This document shows, one piece after another, positions 37,401 to 48,900 of a DNA stretch of 64,000 bases. The translations under genes were made by a program, and so were the position numbers. Source of the stretch: Vitrella brassicaformis CCMP3155 (taxonomy: Eukaryota > Protista > Chromerida). The stretch covers positions 18,734 through 82,733 of the forward strand of contig CDMY01000415.1 in the NCBI GenBank assembly GCA_001179505.1, given 5' to 3'. Numbering within the stretch: position 1 is the first letter of the stretch; each line of letters starts with the position of its first letter. The notes beneath the pieces were generated by a model. It was not told the DNA's origin. It ran no database searches and saw only the letters and a list, made by a program, of their open reading frames with translations.

Positions 37401-39148
37401 GGCCACTCCCTGTCGAGGAGTGCGACGCGGACGCGGAGGCCGGGAGGGGTGGGGGTGGGGGTGGCAGTGGCTAGGCCCTCTTCGCTCCTCGATGTGGAGC
37501 TGATGAAAAGGGTGCTCGAGGTCGTCGAGCGAAGGTGGCTCCTTGGCGGGCGGAATTGCCGTTGCCAACTGGGCCTTGGGTGGGCGGGTCAGAAAGGGCC
37601 GCAGACGACGCTCCGGCTGTGGATGGCAGGTGGGAAGAGCATGCGGAATCGAAAGAGGAAACCTGGACGAAGCCGCGAGAAGCTCAAAATCAGACCGAAA
37701 TTGAGCGGAGCCTGTCTCCCTAATCTCGCCGCGATTCTCGCCATTTACGAAGAGCGGAAAAATCTTTCTCGTTGCTGCAATGCAAGTGTCTTGTGTAGTG
37801 TTGTGTGCGTCTCCGCGTTGGTGGTGTGAAAATACCTGTACATCGACCAGCCACATCGACCAGGCAAGGGAATCACCTGTGGCCGGGGGGGAAGTGTCTG
37901 TCTGTCTCTACATGTACACGTGAGACGCACGGGTACATGTAGGTAAGTCTGTGTGGACAGAGAGATCGACACGCTTGCAGTGGTCATATCCATTGGTTGA
38001 ATTCCGTGACAAACACGCGACAAACATGCTAGCAACGGCTTCAGATGGCAAGGAGACACTGAAGTACTGAGCTCCGGCCCCGGCCCCCCTCCACCCCAAG
38101 CGCAGCATTGAGGCGCGAGACAGCAATGAGACCGAGGATGAATATCTGCTGACTGGAGTAATGGTGAGACATTGGTCTACAGAGAAGGCGGCCGCACAGA
38201 GAAGGTGTTTTGGTGCTGTGGGTGGAGGTCGGCGGGTGGACCGGCAGGGGGTGGGTGGGTGGGAAGGTGGGAAAGTCGGAAAGTGGGGGAGGGAGACTTG
38301 TCATGTCTGCTTTGTCTGCAGGCAGCCGTGATGAGCCGGCGAAAGCCTCCCTTACTCATCATCCCCCCGCCAGCCCCCCATCTGCAAAGAACAGCGACGC
38401 CATGACACACTCCTGTGGCTCTGCCCCCGCCACCAGCCCTGGTTGTAGAGGACAGACGGAGGGGTGAGAGGTCTGCTTCCGTGAGTTTGGTGGACTACCT
38501 GAAGCAGAGAAGGGCTGCCGAGCGGAGGAGGGCGACACATGTGTGACGGTCTTTCCAGGGGTGAGAGGAAGAGACACTATGGCAAATTGACGTCATCAAG
38601 AATTTGTCACGATGGACGCCCTTCGCTGAGTTCACGGTGGTTCAGAACATGTTTACGTGCGGTCAGTCCACCATACTAAGATTCGTCTCAGGCCACCATG
38701 ATGTTGGTCCGTACTAGCACTAGATGTCTCCTCGCCCGCCCCCCGCAGCAGTCAACACACGTGTCCACACTGCAAGGATGGATACAGCCAGCCACACATC
38801 TAGACGCGCAGACACGGCCATCATCACACGAGTCAGTCAGTCAATCAGTCGATCAGTCAGTCGCCTCTGAAAGGCGCCGCACAGTCGTCGGTCGGGCGGT
38901 CGAATTGAGTGAGCCCGGCCGGCTGTCCGTCAACACAACTCACACATATGATGCCACATGCAGGCCCTAATTGACTCACTGACTGACTGACTGACATATG
39001 GCCTCTGCACGTCACACACATACAACTTGTTAGATGAATGCTTATCACACGAATTCACACGAATTCCATTCGGCTGGCTGGCCTCTTCTCTATCGGACAC
39101 GCACACACTTGAAAAGGATCAGCAGCGGGCAGGCAAATCGAGGAGCAA

Positions 39149-39378
39149 TGCGTTCTGCTGTGGTGGCTGGGTGGCCGCTACGCTGTCTTGGCCGCCTTGC
39201 CGCAGCTGCTGGAACTTGGCTTTGAGGAACTCGAGCAGCGCCGCCTCCTGGTGCGCCTGCAGGAACTGCAGACATATCGACTCGAACGCTCGAGACCTCG
39301 TCTGGGCGTACTTCTGATGGCGTCACAGCCAGGCAGGCACACAGACAGACAGACAGACAGACAGATGGACAGACAGAA
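39149..39378 (-). repeat. Ectopic near-identical copy of a VPS18 exon with its acceptor-side intron (source 48689-48926)
   Basis: Same orientation, ~9.5 kb from the source, few substitutions. Encodes KYAQTRSRAFESICLQFLQAHQEAALLEFLKAKFQQLRQGG. Confidence 0.95.
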
Positions 39379-39491
39379 ATATAGCCTTACGGTAGGTACG
39401 GTCCAGTAAGATGTAAGATGCACGATGTGCGGGCGTGTGAAGGGGGGGTCATGTCAATAGAGACTTACAAGGAGGAGAATCAGTCAATCAG

Positions 39492-42170
39492 TCAGTCAGT
39501 CGGCAGGCATCTCCCGAGGTGCGACAACACTTCCTGCAGCACGTTGGCTTTGGCCTGCACAAGTCCATGCAGTTGAAGGTAAGGCAAGACACGCCAGATT
39601 GTTTCTCCCTCTCGTCTTCCCGTACCTCAAAGTAGTTCCTTTCGTTGTCGGCACCTCTGTGCGGATTGCTTCTCCAAAGGAGATAGGCAGCGATTTTGGT
39701 TTTCTCCTCAATGTCATCATTGAGGGCTTGAAGTGTCGTGAGCCGCTGCTGTGTCTCGTCGTCCAGCCGCCTGCGTGCCTCCTTCTCTTGCTGAATTTCC
39801 ACTTGAGCCTTCCTGAGGGCCTCGTCTTTCTGTTCGAGCTTACAATGAGGCAAAAAAACGAAACACCAAAATCACCGCAATATGTTGGATGATGCATCTT
39901 AATCATGAAGTGACCATCTTCACCATTTACCTGAGCATCGAGCTCTGCCACATGCTTCGTGAGAGATGCAACTCTTTCCTCCAGTTCCTCCACGTGGTCC
40001 AGTGCAGCGCGCTCGCGCTCGTTGGCAGCAAACACCTCCGAGTCCTTGTCTGCCAGGCGGGCCGTCACGTCCTCCTTCTCCTTATTCAAGGCGGCAGCGC
40101 TCTCGGCCGCTCTGGCATTGGCGTTGGCGAGACGGCTCTCTGCTGCCTTGGTCAGCTCCAACTCCTTTCGCATCTTGCCTATCTGCCGGTCTTGCTCGGC
40201 GAGCTCCGCCTCCTTTGTCTGCAGTCTGCCGTCCAACTCGGCCAACCTTTTATCCTTGCTGTCGGTCTCATCTCGATACATTTGCCGCATCTCATCAAAG
40301 TGCTCCTGCTGCTTGATCCTCTCTGGAGACACAGACGAGAGGAAGAGAGACATGAGACACATGATTAGGCCTGCAGGCGTGTGGCTGGCGAGTGATGTGT
40401 GTACCTGCTTTGAGAGTGTACACTTGTTGGTTGGCGACATCCAGTTTGCCAAAAAGCATCTCCATGGTACAGACCCTTTCCGCCTCACTTGACTTGATCA
40501 TGTCTCTGAAGGGTACATGAGAAACCAAAAGGCCAAATGCAACGGAATCAAATGGTGCAGTGCAATGTGGCTCGTACCTGAATGTGTCCCTCTCTTTTGA
40601 GACGATTGCAACCACTTCTTTGAGACGTTCGACTTCTTTTTCTAGCTCGTCCCTTTCTCTCTGGGGATCAAGAAAACAACACCGAACACAGCAAGATTCG
40701 GAAATGAGCCACTTGTGTCCAGGGTCCTGTCTACCTGACGTGCCCTTACCTTTTCCTGCTCTTGTGCCTCTTATAGCCCATCAAACAGTGACCCTCCTCG
40801 CTGCAGCGCGGCAGAGTTAGACACTTCGGCAATCGAACAAACTGGACTGTCGTCAACTGTCGACGGCTGGGTGGCATCAGCTTGGTGACACAATACTCCC
40901 TCCATATCGCCATGCAGCTTGCCAAACCTCTGCACTTCTGCCTCGAAGGCGGCCGGCAATGTGCCGAGTCTTTGTAACGGCTCCTCGAACCCCGCTCGCA
41001 GCTCCTTCACGATTTCTTGTACGACAGCCCTGTTGCGGGGCGAAGTGGGGCTCGATGCCTGGGCGGCTTCCTTCGTGTTCATGCTGACGAGCATGTCCGT
41101 CATCTTAGCCTCGACATCCTCTAAGTGACAGAGCTTTTGCAGCACCTCGGTGAGCTTCTCGTCTGCGCGGGAGGGGGGTGGTTTGAGACGAGGAAGCTCA
41201 GTCATCACAGTGCTGTTCAATTCCTCGTGTCTCTCTTCTAGCCTCGACATCCTCTGCAGGACTTGTGGGAACTGTAAGAAGGGACAGAAACGCGGCAATC
41301 GAGGCATGCCAGTGAATGTTTGAGTGATAGACAAGTGTGTGCTTAAAGTGTTCAGATAGCGGGACCGTACCTGCTCGCTCAGAGCCGTCGATTGTTGCTG
41401 TAAGAGCTCCCTGATATTAGTCTCATTCTGCTCGGCCAACTCCAGGTGCTGACGAAGTTCGCTATTACACCGCCTCAGGTTCTGTGTGTCCGTCTCCATC
41501 CGCTCCTTCTCATTCGTGACCGCCCGAATGTCGTTTTTAAGGGCTGCGTTCTCTTCGTCCGTCTTCCCTTTCTGGCGCTGCAGCTCCTCGAGTTCATGCT
41601 CCAGTTCCCGTACTCTGTTTGGTTGGGCTGCAGCGATCTTGGCATTTTTCTCGTCATCCCAATCCGGTGTCTCCTCCATCATCTCAGAATATGGAAACCG
41701 CCTGCAGGGAAGGGAGTAACACACACCAACACACACACAGACAGACAGGCAGATAGATGGATGGATGAATGGACGGACGTGTGTGTGTGGTGTGTGGCCC
41801 TTTCTCCCTCTCTCCCTCCCTCCTCCCCCCGTCTCACTCTCTCTCTCTTCCAGATCTGGCCCTCTTTCTGCTCTCTCTCGCTGATCTGTACCGTCGGGAG
41901 AGGGGCCGGCCGTTTCTCAGGACACAGTGGGTATCTTGAAAAGCTGTGAGCCGGAGGTGCTCAGGACATCGTTGTGCATCGATTGGGATTCACAGTATCG
42001 CTTCCGGATCCCATTTCCCTCGTGCGAGCTCAGATCGTCGAAAAACAACTTTCGCCCTAACTTCTCTCCTCGCTCTGTGCTCTCTGCTACCTTCGGAATG
42101 CGGATCGCTTCTTGCAATGATTCATCCAGCGATGGGAAGGCCAAACACCACAGCTGCACACAACACACAT
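39492..42170 (-). pseudogene. Long coiled-coil protein gene (gene X) with an in-frame TAA; 5' end uncertain
   Basis: Exons MMEETPDWDDEKNAK..., ...FDGL*EAQEQEK|RERDELEKEVERLKE..., ...DIEEKTKIAAYLLWRSNPHRGADNERNYFE|AKANVLQEVL. TAA at 40771-40773 is followed by 7 in-frame codons and a perfect phase-0 GTAAG donor. Confidence 0.65.
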
Positions 42171-42345
42171 CACAGAAGTCCTGGATGCTGCCGCTCCATC
42201 GTCGAAGCTCGCAAGTTGCGAGCTCGAAAGAAACGTGCGGAGGAGGGACGGAGAATTCACACGAGGAGGTCAGGATCTCTCTGGATCTGACAATCGGTGA
42301 GTTAATCTGCTCAGATCTAGAACAGGAGGTGTTGCCCTGAGCTGC

Positions 42346-45300
42346 ATGCGTGCAGCGTTGTCAGTCTTCTCGCGGCTGGTTCTCCTGCTCGGTTATCTAC
42401 CTCATCCAACTACCGCTTTTCGCTTCACAACCGCCATGGTACGAGTGCAGGACAGCACGTGCACCAGAATCAAAAAAGTGTGCACTCCTGCTGGCTGGAT
42501 ATGTTCTTTTCTGTCCTCCCTCACTGATGCTGCAGTCGGGACGAGGTTGGTACTACAAAAACAAATACGGTAAGCAACGGTGCACCATGGAGTGCCGGAA
42601 CGAGAAACCATCTCTCGCAAGCTTCCACCATCGCCTTGTGTCGCTTGCGAGGAAGGTGGTGGCGGGCGCGGTCGGGGCAAGCGGCCATTTGAAGACGGGT
42701 ATGGCGGCCAGCAGGGGGGCTATGGCGGCGGCAGAGGGCGGGGAGGAGGGCCAGGGGGAGGCGGATGGCACCAACAGCAGGACGAACCCATGGTGGACTC
42801 CTACTCATCGCGGGAAGGCACCGGCTCTCAATTGGCCGACGAGCTGCGGAGGCTCGATGGTACGCACATAGGCACGCAGGCACGCGGAAGCCGACGTCCA
42901 CGCGGTCAGTGCGTGTGGTGTTGGGTCATGATGTGTTCGGTTCTGTTGTGGTGTGGTGGGTGGCTTGCTGTAGGTCGTCCGTATCCTGCTTACAAGGACC
43001 TGATCGGCTCGTGGAACATGGGCGACTTCACTCTCTTACTCGACAAGTATAGCTAGATATGACCGACAGACATACATATAGATGTGGTGTGATGTGGTGC
43101 TCTCCTGTATGGCGTGCACCACACCCATTCACACACACAGGGCCCAGTCTGACCCGTACGCACCTCCGTCTCACTTCAGAGTTCGCGTGCCGCAATCCGT
43201 CGCAAAGTGAGCAGCAAGAGAGAGAACGCTCACTTGCAATCTGCTGCACGACAGGCACTGCACTCCTGTGTGTGGGTTGGCAGGTTCCCAGCAGCGGCTT
43301 ACAACAGCAAGATCCGCAATGTGGCTCTGTGCGACTACCTGACCCGTCAGCTGTGCCAGGCAGTGAGTGCTGGCGGCCTCGACAATGCGGCAGAAAACAG
43401 GGGCTGGCACGGCAGCAAGGGAGGCGACGTCCGTGTGGAGACGCCCGGCCAGCACGTCATACAGAGGAGCGCCGTGGTGGTCAACGACCAGTTCGTCGAG
43501 GCGCGATGCACCATTGCTCTGCCGGTCGGTGGCTGAGGGATGCTTGTGGTGGGTGCGCACTATGACTTGTTGGATGTCGTTTCTGCTGTGTGTAGGCTCA
43601 AGGGCGCTCCATCGAGGGCCACAAAGCCGCACAGACCCTAACACAGTACCTGCCCCACGTCGTAAGCACACCTGCATACACAAATAGACAGACAGACAGA
43701 CACGAGAGTGAAGACACGCTGTCACTGTCTGTCGTCAGGTGGCCAAGTCGCTCCTGTACGCCGCGCTCAACGCCTCCCACCTGCACGCCTTCCTCGACTC
43801 TATCGAGGACCAGGAGCACCTTCGCCAGTCCCTCGCTGACCACGACCTGGTGGCGTTCGTTGCCGATGGGTCAGTGCTGCCCCGACGGAGCGGCGCCGAC
43901 GACCAGCCGATGAAACCATCTGAGGAGAACCACCTGCAGGTGTTCCAGAGCCCGCCCTCGATGCAGTTGACGATGCACGTGCCGCACCGTGGGGCGATAC
44001 GGGGGATGGGGATACGGAAGGGCATCACACTCATCTGTGGGGGAGGCTTCCACGGCAAGAGCACACTGCTGGGTGAGCGGGGCAGCGGGGGAGGGGGCGG
44101 GGCGACTCGTCATTCACTGTCTATCTCTTCATGTCTGTCCATCTATCTATCTTCAGAGGCCCTGCAGGTCGGCATCTACAACCACATCCCAGGTGACGGC
44201 CGTGAGTTTGTGGCGGTCGACCCAAACGCCGTCAAGATCAGGGCGGAGGACGGTCGATCGGTGCATTTGGTGGACATATCTCCCTTCATCAACAACCTCC
44301 CCTTCGAGAAGGACACGACCCGGTTCAACAGCGAGGACGCCTCGGGCAGCACCAGCCAGGCGGCCAACATAATGGAGGCACTGGAGATCGGTAACTGACT
44401 GACCTGAAGTGGGTGAGGGTCTCTCCTGCGTGTGATTGCTGCCTTTGTTCGCCTGCTTGTAGGTGCGACGACGCTGCTGGTGGATGAGGACACCTGTGCC
44501 ACCAACTTCATGATTCGCGACCGTCGGATGCAGCAGCTGGTCGGCAAGTCGCGCGAGCCCATCACGGCCTTCATCTACAAGGTCAAGCCGCTCCTCACGC
44601 AGCACAACGTCAGCACTATCATGGTCGTCGGCGGATCGGGGGACTTCTTTGAAGTCGCTGACACCGGTCAGCATCACTTCACACTTCCCCGACAGACAGA
44701 CAGACAGACAGACGTGCCCACACCCACTCATGGCCATGTGTGTGTGTATCCCCCATGTTGTGTGTGCAGTGATTTTGATGGACAAGTACCGGCCGTACGA
44801 CGTCACCCAGGAGGCCAAGCAGATCACGGTGGACATACCGGTGCCGTACCAGTCCGACGAGGTGCAGACGGCCACCGCCACGCAGCACCACGCCTTCGGG
44901 TCCATCGGCCACCGAATCATCGACTCAAACAACTTCCAGAGTCACTCACATCCACAAACACACAAACGGACACCGCCACAGCATTCCCCTGTCTGTTCTC
45001 ATCTTTCTTCTCCTCCTCCTCCTTGTCCCCATCATTCATTCATTCATTTCTGCAGCCAGTGGGAAGGTGTCAGCTCGTTCGCTGCGTGTCATCGGCTACG
45101 GCGACACCGACATCGAGCTCAACGGCGTGGAGCAGCTGGTGGAGACCGGCCAGGCCAGAGCCATCGCCGACGCAATGCGGAGGATGGCCGAGGGCCGGGG
45201 GCCGCTGGGAGCCATCCTGGACGGCCAGCGGAATGTCCGTGAGGTGCTGGAGCTGATCGACCAGGTGTGCTCCGGTGACAACGGGCTGGACCACCTCAGC

Positions 45301-45507
45301 CAATTCGGCCACCCCATCGGCGAGTTTGTGCTGCCCAGACGATTTGAGGTCAGCTCGGAGGGGGACGTCGGTCCGTCCGTCCTGCATTCTGTCTATCTGT
45401 GTTTCTCTCTCTACTCTATGTGTGTGCAGGTGGGTGCGGCCATCAACCGTCTGCGTACGCTGCGGATAAGGGGTGTGAGGTGGAAGCTGCAGCCGGGGAT
45501 GAAGTGA
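42346..45507 (+). CDS. COG3044-type predicted ABC-class ATPase (MRB1590-like) with an RGG-rich N-terminus and a signal-peptide-like leader
   Basis: YPAYKDL, QSDPYAPPSHFRV, VALCDYLTR, Walker A GGGFHGKSTLL, KIRAEDGRSV, DASGSTSQAANIMEALE, Walker B LLVDEDTCATNFMIRD, LPRRFEVGAAINRLR. All exon phases are compatible. Confidence 0.92.
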
Positions 45508-45973
45508 CTGATTTATAGACACAAAGAGAGGGAGGGAGGCTCACTGATGGTGGGTGGGTGCGTGAGCCGCGTGAAACCATGCGCGGCTGTCATGTCTGTC
45601 ACTTGTTTGTTGGATCCGTGTTTGCTGCTGCTGATAGCCGTGAGGTGATCGTGATGGCTGCATGAGTGCATGCGATGTGCATGTGCATGTTGCATGGATG
45701 TGATACGTGTGTGAATGCAATGCAATTCATGGCAATTCATGGCTTATATACGAACCGAACAAGTCTGTCCATTCCATGCGATGAATGAACCAATGAATCA
45801 ATGAATGAGTGAATGGCACATCGCCCATCAACCCACGTCTCACAGCACCTACGTCGCATCGACCCAACCAACAGTCAGGCGCGTTGTCGATGACACATAC
45901 ACACCATCCCCGCATCCATCCATCCTCGCACGCCTCCCGCCCTGGCCTGGCTGCCTGCCTGCCTCTCTCTCTC

Positions 45974-48900
45974 TCACGTCTGCCCACTGGGCGACGTCAG
46001 AGTGACCGTCGTCAGGGCCGCACCAGAGTGATCGCCCCTCGATGACCCCCCCGTCTGACCGTCCGCAGCAGCGAAGGCCAAGGGCGTCACGTGCCCATCT
46101 CCGCCAAAAGCCGAGGCGCTCGAGGGGGTGGGTGGCGACGTGATGCGCCATGAGAGGTCCTCTGGGTTCTCCTCCGGCAGCACCAGTGGCTGCAGGACCG
46201 ACTTGACCATCAGGTTGCCGCAGATGGGACACTCCTCGGCGAGGACGTCGTCGACATCGGTCTCCATCCTCGCCAGCTGCGCCTGCTGCGCGGCGTTGAG
46301 GGACCCCTTGGACACTAGCTCCCGCATTTGGCTGGCGAGGTAGTCCATGAGGTGGCGGGCCTCGATGGACAGAGTGGGGTACACGAGGCTCTGGCAGCAC
46401 ACGGCGTGGAAGGCGTGGCCGCACGGAAAGGCATAGACCTTGTGGCGGTTGCTCTGGGGGATGATTGGGGGGCGGGAGGGGGCCGGGCCTATGGCAGTGG
46501 AGGGCGGGGGAGGAGCGAAGAGGGGGTGCTGGCAGAGGTCGCATGGCTGGGTGGCCGAGAGCAAAGTGCACCGCTGGTTGACGCTGCGGAGGTCGTCCTT
46601 CAGCTGGGAGGCAGCCTTCCGGTGCTCCTCCATCTCCTGGCACCCCACACACGACAGACAGACAGGCAGACAGACAGACAGAGAGTAAGAGCGAGAGGTC
46701 TGTGTGTGGGTGGCTGAGTTGGTTGAGGCCACACCGCTTTGAGTTGTTGTATCTTGCGCTCATAGTCGTCGAGCGATTCGCATATGTCCTCCTTGAAGGA
46801 GTCGATCAGAATTGTGTCCGACATGTAAGGCAGCAAATCCTACAACATAACACACAACACACAACATGCCACTTACGCCCACGCCTTTCGTTCATCTGGG
46901 TGTGTTGATGCGATCGATGCGTGTGTATCACCTCCCTCACCTGGATCCGCAGCAGGCCGCCCGAGTCATGCATGAGCTCCCGAAGACTCAACACGTCCTG
47001 ACGCTGCGCCTGTGGACGGACGGACAGACAGACAGACAGGCAAAGGCTCACAGGGGTTGTTGTTTGGTGTTTGAGAGACCACGGCCAGGCATGAGCTTAC
47101 CTGATGTTCGACGATGGACAGCCAGAGGCGCTTCCGAAGCTGCAGCTGCTTCTCGCCATCACCAGGCCTACACACACACACACACACAGCCGCCCATGTC
47201 GTCATGTCAGTCAGTCACATGCATTGCATCCTCTCTCCTCCCTCTCTCCTTTGTTTGTGTGTGTTGTCACCTCCCTCCCTGACCTGCAGGCATTGTGTTT
47301 AGCGAGTTCCAGGTCTCCCATGGCGAGTGCCTTGTCGACGGCCTCCTGGTGCCGCCCCATCATGCCGTACAGCATCACAGCCGCACGGTGCTTACCGCGC
47401 TCCTCGCAGTAACGAAGCGCAAACGGACCGTCGAACGGCAAACACGACACACCCTGAGTGAGCACAACACAACACACGGAGACAGACGTAGAGAGAGTAG
47501 GGAGGGATATGACTGACTGGCATCATTGCTCGTGAGCTAGGCTAGTCACCTTCTGTGCAGCGAGCAGTCTGATGAGTGCCGCCTCGTCCTTGTCGCTCTC
47601 GTCCTCGGCATAGAGCACCACCAGCGCGTTGAAGACCCCCCCGATGTCCTTCCACTGCCCCTCACCACCGCCGCACACCGCCTCCCTCTGCCGCCCGGGG
47701 TGCTGGTGGCGGCTGTCGTGGTCCTCGCCACCATTGGTCGCTGGCAGAGACAGACCCAAACTGGCCAGGATGGCCTCGTCGTGCTCGCGGCTGTCCTCCT
47801 CTGCTGTCCGCCCCTTCAACCTCTGCGAGGCGTGATACATGTCCAGGAAGTGCTCCAGCAGCCGGATAGCCTCGAATCGGTGCACAGTGCCGCTGGCCCG
47901 GCCCCTCAGCAGCACCGGGACCAGCGGCGTGGGGTCGAGCGACTTGAAGGAGGGCTGCATGCAGAGGTTGACGAACTCGGTGGGCTCGTAGTGGAACAGC
48001 AGGGGGGCGAAGCGGTGCAGCTGAGCGTCCCGGAGGGCGCCCGGTTCGAAGGCGGCGAGCCTCTTGAGGAGGGGTCTGTACTGCCTGAGGTGGATGTGGT
48101 GCAGCAGGAGGGTCTCGAGGTCCTTGCGCTGCTCGGCGTAGAACAGCAGCTCAGACGGACGGCTCTGGGAGTTGAGCAGGTGGTACACCGTCGACTGCAT
48201 CAACCAACCAACGGTCAACAGAATGCCAGCGACATGAGAGGTGGGAATCTGTTGCATGCATATGCATTGCCCCCCGTCCGACTCGGCTCACCTGCACTTC
48301 ATCGACGTGTCTGAAGTCTCTGAGCAGGTGGCACAGCTCATCCCGCACAGCGCGGCTTTGCTTCTGCAGCGACTCCAGCTCCTCGGGCGTGGCGGCCGGC
48401 AACGCGAAGGTCGAAGGGGAGCCGCCCTCTCCCCCTCCCCCTCCCCGATTGTGTGCGAGGGTGCGCCTGAGAGTGTGGGTGTGGGCGTCGAGGACGTTGA
48501 GCTGGTGCACGTAGATCTCCACCATCCACACAAACAGCATCACCTGCACACGATAGGCACACAGATGCACAACGAACCAACAGAGGGATGAACGAACTAA
48601 GGGACGAACGACCGCATTCATCGTCATGAAGCGGCATTCGGCTGGCCCATACCTCTTGGGGGGACGCCTGCGCGGCTGATGCTGGTTCTGCGTTCTGCTG
48701 TGGTGGCTGCGTGGCCACTGCGCTGTCTTGGCCGCCTTGCCGCAGCTGCTGGAACTTGGCTTTGAGGAACTCGAGCAGCGCCGCCTCCTGGTGCGCCTGC
48801 ATGAACTGCAGACATATCGACTCGAACGCTCGAGACCTCGTCTGGGCGTACTTCTGATGGCATCACAGCCAGCCAGGCACACAGACAGACAGACAGACAG

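Noticed and set aside
39149-39378. MITE or SINE explanation for the dispersed 230-bp repeat
   Set aside because: No TIRs, TSD or poly-A tail, and the sequence encodes a conserved VPS18 segment.
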